This document shows positions 20,751 to 31,879 of a stretch of DNA of 64,000 bases, one piece after another (position 1 is the first letter of the stretch; the number at the start of each line of letters is the position of its first letter). This stretch comes from an uncultured Acidobacteriota bacterium. Lineage in GTDB: Bacteria; Acidobacteriota; Thermoanaerobaculia; Multivoradales; DATKCC01. The position numbers and the translations under genes are program-made. Location of the stretch: the NCBI GenBank assembly GCA_963741925.1, contig CAVUJU010000002.1:595978-659977 (forward strand), given 5' to 3'. A model generated the notes under the pieces. It made no database searches. It saw nothing but the letters and a program-made list of their open reading frames with translations, and was not told the DNA's origin.

Positions 20751-22087
20751 CGCACCATCCGGACGTCGCCGGCCGCCGGCCCGGTCTCGATCGTCTGCGG
20801 CAGGTGCAGGCCCCGGAACCAGACGATGCGCTGGCGCTCGAGGGTCCGCGACAGCTCGTCGACCGCCCGCTTGAACCCGCGGCGCGAGTAGACGCTGTCG
20901 ACCTCGCCCCAGGTGGCCGTGACCGGCGGGCTCACCGACTTCTCCACCGACCAGACGAAGAGGGGCACCCCGAGGTCGGTCAGGTAGCGCCGGACCGCCC
21001 GAGGGGTCATGCGGCTCGCGTCGGCGGGCTGGGCGCTCAGGACCAGGACCACGGCGCGCCGCCGGTCCCGGGCCGCCGCGCTCATGCCGGCCACGGCCAC
21101 GGCGTCGGCCAGGCGCTGGCGGCGGAGATCGAACGGCGGCTGCTGGGCCGCCGAGAGCAGGTAGTAGACGCCACCGTCCGACGGCAGATGCTCCTCGGAG
21201 CGGGCGAACAGGTCGTAGCCGACGCGGCCGTTCTCGCGGTGCAGCGAGAACGGCCAGAGGAACCGCAGGCTCTGATCCCGGTCCAGGCGCATGGCGGAGC
21301 GGAGCAGCTCGCGGGCTCGCGGGCCGGTTCCCACCGACGGGAAGGCCCGGCCGTTGGAAGGCACCCAGCGGGGGGCGAGGGCCCACAGGCCTTTTTGGGC
21401 CGCGCGGTCCATCACCACCACGACCTCGGCCGGCCCTGTCTCCGCCGCCACCGGCTCCAGCGGTTGACCCTGGGCCCGGAACCACCCGGCGAGCTCGGCC
21501 GGCGCCGGCAGCTCCTTGCGACCCTCGAGCTCGACGGCGGCGGCGCTCAGCTCGGTCTCGGTCGCCTGGTGGTAGGCGCCCCCGAACGCCGTCTCGACCA
21601 CCGCGGAGAGGTGGGACGGGAAGTCGAGCTCGGCGTGCAGGAAATGCAGCTGGTCCGGGTCGTGGGGCGGCAGCTCGATCCGGTGCGGATCGGAGACCGC
21701 GAGCGGCCGGCCGTCGAAGCTCACCGTCACCTTGCGGGGCGCGTCGCCCGAGACGCTCTCCCAGGTGAGCCGGGCGACGACGCCCCGGCCGCCCTCGCCG
21801 CCCTCGAAGATCACGTGGCCCTCGGCCTCGGGCCGGGGCAGGTTGATCCACTGGCGCGCCCGGCCCAGCTCCCGGCCGTCGGCGGCGCGGGCGATCGCCT
21901 CGAGCCGGTGGGGCTCGAGGGCGGAGCCGAAGTCGCAGGGCAGGGTCCAGGGAGCGCCCCCCATCTGCCCCACGCTGCGCCCGTCCAGCACCAGCTCGAC
22001 GGAGGCCACCCCCTGCCCCACGGCGAGCTCCACCGGCTGGACACCCAGGACCAGGCCGAGGAACAGGCTGGCGAACGCGACGATCAC
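20747..22087 (-). CDS. hypothetical exported protein
   Basis: 446 aa with N-terminal hydrophobic signal MIVAFASLFLGLVLG. RBS GAAGGAG is 6 nt upstream, and GCTACAAT sits about 37 nt upstream. Confidence 0.45.
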   Translation of the reverse strand: MIVAFASLFLGLVLGVQPVELAVGQGVASVELVLDGRSVGQMGGAPWTLPCDFGSALEPHRLEAIARAADGRELGRARQWINLPRPEAEGHVIFEGGEGGRGVVARLTWESVSGDAPRKVTVSFDGRPLAVSDPHRIELPPHDPDQLHFLHAELDFPSHLSAVVETAFGGAYHQATETELSAAAVELEGRKELPAPAELAGWFRAQGQPLEPVAAETGPAEVVVVMDRAAQKGLWALAPRWVPSNGRAFPSVGTGPRARELLRSAMRLDRDQSLRFLWPFSLHRENGRVGYDLFARSEEHLPSDGGVYYLLSAAQQPPFDLRRQRLADAVAVAGMSAAARDRRRAVVLVLSAQPADASRMTPRAVRRYLTDLGVPLFVWSVEKSVSPPVTATWGEVDSVYSRRGFKRAVDELSRTLERQRIVWFRGLHLPQTIETGPAAGDVRMVR

Positions 22088-22141
22088 GACGAGCTCCTTC
22101 GAACGTCCCCCTGATTGTAGCGCCCGGCCAGCAGGGTGTGC

Positions 22142-23725
22142 TCAGAGGATCAGCCGGTCGATCAGCCGGAGCACGGCGCCGGCGAAGAGGGCCGACGCGC
22201 CGGCGGCGAAGAGCAGGATGGCCCCCATCGCCAGGGTCAGGAGGTAGAGCCCGAGCAACAGGAGCGGCCCCATGACCAGGGTGAAGACGATCATCTCCAC
22301 GACGCCGCGCCGCCCGTCGCGGCGGAGCCGCTCCCGAAACCCCGGCCGCTTCGCCGTCGCTGCCGCGAGCGCCGGGTCCGAGGGGTCTGCGCCCAGGGCG
22401 GCCAGGCGGCGCAGGCGGCGCTCGAGCTTGGGATGGGAGCCGACCGGGACCGGGTGCTCGCCTCTCCCCGCGCTGGGCTCCGGCGCCGCCACGAACAGGT
22501 GCTCGAGCCAGGCGCCGCCAGGGGACGCCACTGCCCCGCCCCCCAGGGCCGCCAGCCCCCGGGCGACCTCGGTGGGGTCGCGGGTGAGCTGGACCGCGGT
22601 GGCGTCGGCGAGGTAGCGGCGGGCGCGGAGCATGCCGCCCACGAGCGGGCCGACGACCACCAGCCGCAGCATCTGGACCTCCAGGCGCACCAGGTGGACG
22701 ACCAGGTAGACGAGGAGGAACGGCAGGAGGAAGAGCTTGAGGACGGGGAACCGCTTGAGGAGGCGCCCGCCGCGGCTCCGGGGCTCGGCCTCGTCGGCGT
22801 CGCTCGCGAGCCCCAGCAGGCCGTCGAAGCGCTCGGGGGCGAGGCGCCCCTCGAGGCTCCCGGCCACCGCCTCCGCGGTCGCCGGCGAGCGCCGCCCCCG
22901 GAGCATCCAGCCGAGGGCCCTGACCATCTCGCGCCAGGCCGCGGGGCTCCAGCCCATGAGGGCGTCGAGGAGGGTGAACACGAAGCCCATGGCCTGGAAG
23001 ACCGCGGTCACGGCGAGGGCGAGGCGAGGATCGCCGTTGGCCGCCGAGGCGACGAGCAGGGCGGCGACGCCCTGGGTCTCGCCCCGGTCGCAGCGCTCGA
23101 GCACCCCGCGGGTCACCACCACCACCGCGCGCTCCGGGGACGGCCCGACCAGGGCGGCGTTCGGCGCCTCCTGATCGATCAGGAGGACCCGCGGCGCCGG
23201 CACGCCCGCGGCGATCGCCATCTCCTGGACCACGTCGACGAGCTGGTGCTCCTCGAGGTCGCCCGCGCGGGGCTCGCGCGCCCCGAGGCGGGCCAGCACG
23301 GCGCCCGGCACGACCTCGCTCGCGAGGCGCCGGAAGCCCGCCCAGACGGCGACCATGGCCGCCACCCCGGGCACCAGGAGGACGGCGAGCGCCGCCGCCA
23401 GGTCGAGGCGGCCGAGCGCACCGGCCGGCGCGCTCCCGGTCCACGCGTCCAGGGCCGCCGGCACCAGCCCCGCCAGGTGGTGCAAGGCCGCCCACACCGC
23501 AACCGGCACCGGCGTGACCAGGCCGACCAGGCGCACGCCCACCGCCACGACACCGAAGACCAGGGGGGTGAGGACCGCCGTGAGGGGCAGCCCCATGACC
23601 AGGATCGCGACCCCGCACAGGGCCGCCCACCAGCGCGCGTGGCGCCGCCGGCTCGCCTGCTCGTCGTAGAAGCTCCGACGGCGGGATGGACCGGCGGCGG
23701 AGTCACCAGGCGCTTCGCGCAGCAC
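22142..23725 (-). CDS. M48 (HtpX-like) peptidase-fold membrane protein lacking the HExxH motif (probable pseudo-protease)
   Basis: The region VDVVQEMAIAAGVPAPRVLLIDQEAPNAALVGPSPERAVVVVTRGVLERCDRGETQGVAALLVASAANGD aligns to HtpX ...VYIIDSPQPNAFATG...GVLAHELSHIRNGD, but has ALLVAS where HELSH is expected. Multiple TM helices. Confidence 0.5.
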   Translation of the reverse strand: MLREAPGDSAAGPSRRRSFYDEQASRRRHARWWAALCGVAILVMGLPLTAVLTPLVFGVVAVGVRLVGLVTPVPVAVWAALHHLAGLVPAALDAWTGSAPAGALGRLDLAAALAVLLVPGVAAMVAVWAGFRRLASEVVPGAVLARLGAREPRAGDLEEHQLVDVVQEMAIAAGVPAPRVLLIDQEAPNAALVGPSPERAVVVVTRGVLERCDRGETQGVAALLVASAANGDPRLALAVTAVFQAMGFVFTLLDALMGWSPAAWREMVRALGWMLRGRRSPATAEAVAGSLEGRLAPERFDGLLGLASDADEAEPRSRGGRLLKRFPVLKLFLLPFLLVYLVVHLVRLEVQMLRLVVVGPLVGGMLRARRYLADATAVQLTRDPTEVARGLAALGGGAVASPGGAWLEHLFVAAPEPSAGRGEHPVPVGSHPKLERRLRRLAALGADPSDPALAAATAKRPGFRERLRRDGRRGVVEMIVFTLVMGPLLLLGLYLLTLAMGAILLFAAGASALFAGAVLRLIDRLIL

Positions 23726-23728
23726 GGC

Positions 23729-25237
23729 TCAGGCCAGGAAGACCCAGTAGCTGCCGGAGGCCGACCGTCTCTCCGACAGGCCGAAGCGCTCGCCGGCCGA
23801 CTTGCCGTCCCGCAGCAGGTAGTACACGTCGGAAAGAACCGATCGATTGTCGCCGTAGTAGAAATGCCCGACGAGGTCCGTGTCCACCGCCGAGGCGTCG
23901 ATCGTTTCCACCTCCGGGACCACCACGATGTTCGCTCCGGCGTCTCCCGCCCGCGGGTAGCCGTGAAACTTCCGGGACGCCTCGAGGGCCCGGTCCTTGT
24001 CGGAGGCGTAAAGGGTCACCCGGCGAGCCGCCCTTCGCAAGGCGGACGCCATCTGGCGGAAGACGTCGGCGTCGATGTCGGGAGCGGTGAGCACGACCTC
24101 GCTGAAGGCCGGCGTGCCGGGCGCGGCCATGGTTGCGGCGATCTCCCCGAGGGCCCGGGTCAGTGCGCGGTTGCCCATGCTGTGGGCGATCAGGTGGATC
24201 GCCCGCGCTCCCGAGCCCGACGCCAGGTCGACCAGGAACGACTTCAGGTGGGGCACCGTCCACTCCACGTTGGTCTCGTCGTGGGCGTACCCGGTGAGGG
24301 AGAGCTTCCCTTTCGACGGCCAGCTATAGAAGACCGGCGCGCCCTCGAGCTTCAGGTCGTAGGCGAGCTGCGCGGTGCGCCTGGCGGCGTCCTCGAAGGA
24401 GACGTTGAAGCCGTGGAGGAAGAGCAGGATCTCACCGCGAACAGAGGCCTCGAGGCATGCCGAGAGCTCGGCGAAGAAGCCGGCCGCTTCGGCTTTCCGG
24501 AGAGACAGGAGGACGACGTGCTCCCGCGGGTCCCTCCGCAGCTCGAGGCGCCGCCAGGAGGGTCCCTCCAGGGCGCCCATCCGGTGGTCCCTTGGAATGC
24601 TCACCTCGCAGACCCCGTACTCCAGGGAGCCGTCGCCCCGGGTCGAGCCGAAATGGCGGGCGGCCGGGCGCGATCCGCCGGGCTTGCGGTCCGTGGCGTA
24701 GAAGACCTCGACCCGGTGGTAGGGGACTCGGGGAGGCGCCTCGTAGGCCTCGTCTGGGGCGCCGCCCCCCGACGTGTCATGCCCGAGCCCCGTATCGGTG
24801 TCGTAGGCTCCTTCCACCTCGACACCCAGGTCTCTCCCGGCGGTTCCCCGGCTCGGAGCCCGCGGGGCGCCGCCCGCTCTCTCCCCGCGCCGCCTCGTCT
24901 CGTCGGGCCGACGCCGGCTGGGCCGCCGCCCGGTTCCAATCCTCTCGGTGCCCTGGCTCGGCCGCGCCGGTCCAAGCAGGTCGTCAGGGGGCCGGAAGCG
25001 CACGGCGAAGCTCTCCCGGATCCGGATCGGCGCTCCCGTCGCGGGACTGCGCCCGGGTCTCGCCGGCCGCCGGTGGACCGAGAACGCACCGAAGCGAGGG
25101 ACGGTGACCCGCTCACCGCGGGCCAGGGCCGCCCGGATCGCCGCGAGCACCGCGTCGAGGATCTCGGCGGCCTGGCCCTTGGTGAGCCCGTCGACGCTCT
25201 CCCAGAGGTCCTCCACCAGGTTCGCCCTGCCCGCCAT
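23729..25237 (-). CDS. fusion of N-terminal HU/IHF-like DNA-binding domain and C-terminal DUF900-type alpha/beta hydrolase
   Basis: The N-terminus LTKGQAAEILDAVLAAIRAALARGERVTVPRFGAFSVHRRPARPGRSPATGAPIRIRESFAVRFRP fits the HU pattern (FG.F.V..R.AR.GRNP.TG..I.I). The C-terminus has a GxSxG nucleophile (IAHSMGNRAL) in a DUF900-like context. Confidence 0.55.
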   Translation of the reverse strand: MAGRANLVEDLWESVDGLTKGQAAEILDAVLAAIRAALARGERVTVPRFGAFSVHRRPARPGRSPATGAPIRIRESFAVRFRPPDDLLGPARPSQGTERIGTGRRPSRRRPDETRRRGERAGGAPRAPSRGTAGRDLGVEVEGAYDTDTGLGHDTSGGGAPDEAYEAPPRVPYHRVEVFYATDRKPGGSRPAARHFGSTRGDGSLEYGVCEVSIPRDHRMGALEGPSWRRLELRRDPREHVVLLSLRKAEAAGFFAELSACLEASVRGEILLFLHGFNVSFEDAARRTAQLAYDLKLEGAPVFYSWPSKGKLSLTGYAHDETNVEWTVPHLKSFLVDLASGSGARAIHLIAHSMGNRALTRALGEIAATMAAPGTPAFSEVVLTAPDIDADVFRQMASALRRAARRVTLYASDKDRALEASRKFHGYPRAGDAGANIVVVPEVETIDASAVDTDLVGHFYYGDNRSVLSDVYYLLRDGKSAGERFGLSERRSASGSYWVFLA

Positions 25238-25327
25238 CGTCCGTCTCCTGGAATCGTCTTGAGGATGCGCAAGGGATCTTATACCTCGCCCCTCCGGCCG
25301 CTCCCCGGGCGCGCAGCCCGGGAGGGC

Positions 25328-25717
25328 TCACCAGCGCACCACCCGGTCCGCTTCGGCGATCATGCGGGTGAACCGGGACCAGCCGCAGATCAGGTCGACC
25401 TTGCCCTGGACGCGGGCCGTGTCGAGGTCGAGCAGGCGCACCGAGGCGCTGCACGCGAAGAGGCGGAGACGACCGCTCGTGCGCGCGCCGGCGATCAGGT
25501 CCGAGAGGGGTGGGAATCCCAGCTGCTCGATTCGCTCGGCGGCCAGCGGCGGCGCCGGGTCGAGGCGGTCCCAGCCGTCCCGGACCCAGGCGTCGAGGGC
25601 GGCGAAGAAGAGGGCGAGGTCCACCCGGTCGCCCTGGCCCGCGGCGCTCGCCGCCAGCGAGCTCACCTGGAAGCGCGTGTCCCAGGTGCCGTCGTGGGCG
25701 AGGACGAGGAGCTTCAC
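25328..25717 (-). CDS. DsrE/DsrF-like family protein
   Basis: 129 aa starting MKLLVLAHDGTWD, with a C-terminal Cys (FACSASVRLL) typical of DsrE-fold proteins. Confidence 0.4.
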   Translation of the reverse strand: MKLLVLAHDGTWDTRFQVSSLAASAAGQGDRVDLALFFAALDAWVRDGWDRLDPAPPLAAERIEQLGFPPLSDLIAGARTSGRLRLFACSASVRLLDLDTARVQGKVDLICGWSRFTRMIAEADRVVRW

Positions 25718-25730
25718 GCCGCGCGGGAGG

Positions 25731-26759
25731 TCACGAGACGGTCCAGGTGTCTCCGCTGTAGAGCAGGTCCTCGAGGCGGGTCTGGCCGGCGCGCTCCACC
25801 TCGTGCTCGACCTGGGCGACGACCTCGGCGTCGTAGGCGGGCTCGTCGACGGCGCGGAAGACCCCGAGCGGCGTCGGGAAGTCCGGGGGCAGGAGCTGGG
25901 CCGCCATGAAGGCGAGGGCCGGGTTCGGCCGCCGCTCGTCCCAGACCAGGCAGTCCTCCTCGGAGACCCCCCCTCCGGATGGATCCAGGGTCACGATCTC
26001 GGGCTCCATGCCGTCGAGGCGCAGGCCGCGCTTCGTCTCGCCGCCCCAGACCACGGGCTTTCCGTGCTCGAGGTAGAGGGTGCGCTCGACCCGGCCCTCC
26101 TTGTCGGTCATGTACTCGAAGGCCTTGTCGTTGAAGATGTTGCAGTTCTGGTAGATCTCGACGAAGGCGGAGCCGCGGTGCTCGGCGGCGCGCTTCAAGA
26201 CCGCCTTCAGGTGGGGCTGGAAGATGTCCACCGTCCGGGCGACGAAGGTGGCGCCGGCGCCCAGGGCCAGGGCCGCCGGGTTGAACGGCCGGTCGATGGA
26301 GCCGAAGGGGGTCGACTTGGTGCGCTTGCCGACCTCGCTGGTGGGCGAGTACTGCCCCTTGGTCAGGCCGTAGATCCGGTTGTTGAACATCAGGATCTTG
26401 ACCCCGACGTTGCGCCGCAGGACGTGGATCAGGTGGTTGCCGCCGATCGACATGGCGTCGCCGTCGCCGGTGGCGATCCAGACCTCGAGGTCCGGCCGGG
26501 TGACCTTGAGCCCCGTGGCGATCGCCGGCGCCCGGCCGTGGATCGAGTGGAAGCCGTAGGTGTTCATGTAGTAGGGGAAGCGGCTCGAGCAGCCGATCCC
26601 CGAGACCACCACCAGCTTCTCCTTCGGGATCCCGAGCTCCGGGAAGACCGACTGGACGGCGGCCAGGATGGCGTAGTCCCCGCAGCCGGGGCACCAGCGC
26701 ACCTCCTGGTCGCTCTGGAAGTCCTTCTTGGTGAGGGTGGGGGCTTCGATCTCCGGCAT
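25731..26759 (-). CDS. korB: 2-oxoglutarate:ferredoxin oxidoreductase beta subunit (TPP-binding)
   Basis: WCPGCGDY and the TPP motif GDGD...GGNH..H, full-length. Confidence 0.9.
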   Translation of the reverse strand: MPEIEAPTLTKKDFQSDQEVRWCPGCGDYAILAAVQSVFPELGIPKEKLVVVSGIGCSSRFPYYMNTYGFHSIHGRAPAIATGLKVTRPDLEVWIATGDGDAMSIGGNHLIHVLRRNVGVKILMFNNRIYGLTKGQYSPTSEVGKRTKSTPFGSIDRPFNPAALALGAGATFVARTVDIFQPHLKAVLKRAAEHRGSAFVEIYQNCNIFNDKAFEYMTDKEGRVERTLYLEHGKPVVWGGETKRGLRLDGMEPEIVTLDPSGGGVSEEDCLVWDERRPNPALAFMAAQLLPPDFPTPLGVFRAVDEPAYDAEVVAQVEHEVERAGQTRLEDLLYSGDTWTVS

Positions 26760-26766
26760 CGCTCGT

Positions 26767-28644
<1,878 letters not shown>

Positions 28645-28917
28645 CGGTCTCGGTCTCGGCTCCGATCGGGTCGGAAGGGTCGGCGGCGCGTCTCGCCCGG
28701 TCTCGGGCTAACCGCCCGAGCGGGTGCCTCCCTCGGTGGGTAGGGTCATCCGAGGGATCATAGCAAGAGGGGTAACCGCCACCCGGCCGGGGCCATTCCT
28801 CCGGCGTCGGGGCCGGCGGCGGCCGCCTCACGCCCGGAGCCGGGCCCGCGCCGGTGCTGGTATAGAGTCGCGGGACACCCCACGCCGACGACCCCCGCGC
28901 CCTCTCCCCCGCCTGCG

Positions 28918-30255
28918 ATGAGAATCCGGTCCTTCGACGAGCTCATGCCCCTGCCGGAGCACCTCGCCGTCGAGCGGCACTTCGACGGCATCAACTGGCT
29001 GCGGGCCCGGTGGCTCTTCGCCGGCTACCTGGTCGCCTGCCTCGTGACGCTGGCGGTCTTCCTCTCCGCGCGAGACGTCCCGCGCGCCTGGGTCTCGATC
29101 GCGGACCTGGCGCTCCTCGCGGCCCTCTTCCTCACCCGCAACGGCGCCTGGGCCGAGGGCGGTTTCCGGCCCCTCCTGATCGCGCTCCTCGTCGTCCAGC
29201 TCGTGGTGACCGGGCTCTGGGCGAGCGAGCTGGCCCTCGTCCTGGTGTTCGCGGCCGGCGTCTTCCCGGCGCTCCTGGTCGTGCTGCGCTTCCGGACCGG
29301 CGACCTGGCGCTCCTCGCCGGTTGCTTCGTCGCGGTGGCGGCGGGGTGGGAGATCCTCCAGGGAGTCTCCTTCGCCACGGTGCTGCGCCACGCGGCGGCC
29401 GTCGCCGTGCCCAACGGCCTGGCCGCCTTCGCCGGCGCTCGCCTGACCCGCGCCGCGCGCTCCGAGTTCCTCGACCGCTGGCGCCGGGCGGTGAGCCGGG
29501 AGCGCGACCGCCAGCGGATGCGCGGCGAGCTCGCCGATGCCCGGAAGATCCAGCTCAGCATGCTGCCGGCCGGCGACCCGGTCCGCGACTGGATCGAGGT
29601 GTCGGGGGCCTGCATCCCGGCGGCGGAGGTGGGCGGCGACTACTACGACTACATCTCCCTGGGCGAGGACGCCTTGGCCATCGTGGTGGCCGACGTCGCG
29701 GGCCACGGGGTGGCGAGCGGCCTGCTGATCGCGGGGCTCCGGAGCTCGCTCTACGTGCTCCAGGACGAGCTCTTCTCCCCCGCCGGGGTGCTCGAGAAGC
29801 TGAACCTCATGGTGCGCGCCTCGGTGCGCGCCCGGACCTTCGTCACCGTGACCATCGCCGTCGTCGAGCGCGCCACGAGCCGCCTGCGGGTGGCGAGCGC
29901 CGGCCATCCGCCGGTCTTCCTGCGGCGCGGAGACGGCTCGGTGGCGGAGCTCGGGGCGCCGGCCCCGCCGCTCGGCACCCGCCTGCCGAGCCGCTACTCC
30001 GAGGAGAGCGCGCTCCTCGAGCCGGGCGACCTGTTCCTGCTCTACACCGACGGGCTGGTCGAGGCCATCGACTTCCGGGAGGACTGCTACGGCTTCGAGC
30101 GCCTGCGCCAGGCCCTCTCCCGCTCCGCCGCCGGCGGCCCGGCCCGCGACGTCCGCAACGACCTGCTGGACGACATCTCCCGCTTCAAGGGCCAGGCCCT
30201 CCAGACCGACGACCTGAGCCTGGTCGTCGGCCGGTGGCGGGCGACGGCGGGGTGA
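28918..30255 (+). CDS. membrane-anchored PP2C/SpoIIE-type serine phosphatase
   Basis: Multiple N-terminal TM helices. The PP2C catalytic motifs are GGDYYDY, VADVAGHG and LYTDGLVEA. Confidence 0.8.
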   Translation: MRIRSFDELMPLPEHLAVERHFDGINWLRARWLFAGYLVACLVTLAVFLSARDVPRAWVSIADLALLAALFLTRNGAWAEGGFRPLLIALLVVQLVVTGLWASELALVLVFAAGVFPALLVVLRFRTGDLALLAGCFVAVAAGWEILQGVSFATVLRHAAAVAVPNGLAAFAGARLTRAARSEFLDRWRRAVSRERDRQRMRGELADARKIQLSMLPAGDPVRDWIEVSGACIPAAEVGGDYYDYISLGEDALAIVVADVAGHGVASGLLIAGLRSSLYVLQDELFSPAGVLEKLNLMVRASVRARTFVTVTIAVVERATSRLRVASAGHPPVFLRRGDGSVAELGAPAPPLGTRLPSRYSEESALLEPGDLFLLYTDGLVEAIDFREDCYGFERLRQALSRSAAGGPARDVRNDLLDDISRFKGQALQTDDLSLVVGRWRATAG

Positions 30256-30330
30256 GGCGCGGGAAGCCGAGCGAAAGCGGCTCGGTCCGTCGGCCTCGTC
30301 CGGCGTAGTAGCCATGATCTCCTCCTGAGA

Positions 30331-31035
30331 TCACGAGCAGTCGGTCAGAAGCCGGCCCGCGCCTTCGAGGACAGCCTGCGGGGTCGTCAGCGACAGTCCT
30401 TCGAAGCACCGTCGCTGGAAGGTGGGGTCGCCGAGGAGGGCCTCGATGGCCTTCTGGAGGTCACGGCGAACCGGCGCGCCGTAGGCGGCCTCGGCCTTGG
30501 ACCAGGCTTCGTCCGGGATCGGGCCGACCTGGGTACGGAGCAGCGCGAGGTCGATCAGGTCGCGGGCCAGGAGCTGGCGGTCGGGCCAGCGATCGGAGTT
30601 GGCGAGGAGCTTCTCGGCGTACGCATCGGCCACGGTGAGGCACACCACAGGGGACCACGCGGGGCGCGACCCGGCGTCGAGCGCGATACGTCCCTCGTGG
30701 ATGATCTCGAACTTGATCGGCAAGCCGTCGAGGACCAGGGGAAACCGGATCCCATACTGATCGGTCCGGACCTCCCGCGGAAGCCCGAAGCCTTCGGGAA
30801 GATGTTTGTCTCGGAAGAGTCCCTCGGCCCCTCGTTGTCGGGCGAGACTTCTCAGCTCGGCGAAGGCGGGCGCGTCGGAGCTCAGGAAGTCGATGTCCTG
30901 GGAGATGCGGTACTCGCCGAGCTCGAGGACGAGCCGGGTGCCGCCTCCGAAAAGCGTGTGGTGCGTCGCCAGGAGGTCGGCGTCGAGCGCCTCGAGAACC
31001 CGCAGGACCGCCCGATGCTCCTCACGCCGGAACAT
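30331..31035 (-). CDS. AbiEii/AbiGii-family (DUF1814) nucleotidyltransferase toxin-like protein
   Basis: Starts MFRREEHRAVLRVLEALDADLLATHHTLFGGGTRLVLELGEYRISQDIDFL (GGT..L...R.S.DIDF). The start overlaps the upstream gene by 11 nt. Confidence 0.6.
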   Translation of the reverse strand: MFRREEHRAVLRVLEALDADLLATHHTLFGGGTRLVLELGEYRISQDIDFLSSDAPAFAELRSLARQRGAEGLFRDKHLPEGFGLPREVRTDQYGIRFPLVLDGLPIKFEIIHEGRIALDAGSRPAWSPVVCLTVADAYAEKLLANSDRWPDRQLLARDLIDLALLRTQVGPIPDEAWSKAEAAYGAPVRRDLQKAIEALLGDPTFQRRCFEGLSLTTPQAVLEGAGRLLTDCS

Positions 31036-31276
31036 CGATCGTGCTGCCGTAGTCTGCGACGAGGCGGCGGATGAAGCGCCACTCCTCGGGGCTCGGTTCG
31101 GCGAGGACGTGGAGGTGGCGCCAGCCGGATTCGTAGCGCCGGAGCATGTCGAGGGGCGAGAGGGACCTGTAGTCGCGGTCGAACCAGGAGATGCTGGCGA
31201 GGAACGGGAGGTCGCCCGGAGGCTTGAGATCCGCCTCGTCTCGAGGGTCACGCCGGGGCTCTGCCGTCCTCTCCAT
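31022..31276 (-). CDS. 84-aa hypothetical protein, translationally coupled to the AbiEii-like gene (candidate antitoxin)
   Basis: MERTAEPRRD...LSPLDMLRRYESGWRHLHVL... with ATG at 31276. GTACAATCG lies 8 nt upstream. Confidence 0.4.
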   Translation of the reverse strand: MERTAEPRRDPRDEADLKPPGDLPFLASISWFDRDYRSLSPLDMLRRYESGWRHLHVLAEPSPEEWRFIRRLVADYGSTIDVPA

Positions 31277-31286
31277 GGTGAGTCCG

Positions 31287-31293
31287 ATTGTAC
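31287..31293 (-). promoter_or_regulatory. -10-like GTACAATCG upstream of the 84-aa gene
   Basis: cgaagTACAATcggactcacc ATG. Confidence 0.35.
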
Positions 31294-31326
31294 TTCGGGC
31301 CCGAGAGTCGGCTCGATCCTTCCCTC

Positions 31327-31743
31327 CTACGGCTCGTTCTCAATGCCGTCCGCCTGCACGACCCGCCGGATCAGGCGTTCCTCGATGGGGCGCCGCATGA
31401 TGAGGACGTCCTCGCGTCGGCCCGGGAGAGTCGCCGTGAAACGGTACCGACGGGAAGGGTCTCGATCCACCACCAGGCATCCGTGCTTGAGGACCTGGAA
31501 GGCGAGGATCGGCGAGGCCTGGTCCAGATCGACAAGGTCCACGGCGCGGCCCAGGAGCGCCTCGGCGTCGGCCCGGAGGTCGGCGAGCTTCGCCGCCGAC
31601 AGCCGCTTGCGCGCCAGCACCGCGACGTCGAGATCCGAGTCGGAGCGGGCACGACCCGCGGCCACGGACCCGTAGACCCACAAGCAGTCCACGCCGAGGC
31701 GCTGGTCGAGGAGGTCGAGCAGCTCGCGGGGAAAGGCGTCCAT
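31327..31743 (-). CDS. MNT-type nucleotidyltransferase domain protein
   Basis: LWVYGSVAAGRARSDSDLDVAVL. Start MDAFPREL at 31743 with GTACAATCG directly upstream. Confidence 0.6.
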   Translation of the reverse strand: MDAFPRELLDLLDQRLGVDCLWVYGSVAAGRARSDSDLDVAVLARKRLSAAKLADLRADAEALLGRAVDLVDLDQASPILAFQVLKHGCLVVDRDPSRRYRFTATLPGRREDVLIMRRPIEERLIRRVVQADGIENEP

Positions 31744-31751
31744 GGCGAGTC

Positions 31752-31758
31752 GATTGTA
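31752..31758 (-). promoter_or_regulatory. -10-like TACAATC (context GTACAATCG) 8-9 nt upstream of ATG; candidate leaderless promoter
   Basis: The same 9-mer context recurs at 31287-31293 and 19338-19344. GCTACAATC at 22112-22118 and GCTACATAT at 61914-61920 sit upstream of other minus-strand gene starts. Confidence 0.35.
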
Positions 31759-31879
31759 CTTCCAGCACCCGCCGGGGTTTTCCCCCGCCCGGGCTCCCCT
31801 GCTTCGGCGCACTCTTCGAGCGCGCCGTCGGTCGGAACGACCAGGAGAGAGGAGGACGACGCGCGGAGCGCGATCGGCC

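Noticed and set aside
22136-25909. 1257-aa plus-strand ORF
   Set aside because: Antisense to three well-supported minus-strand genes, with a low-complexity RG/RP-rich translation.
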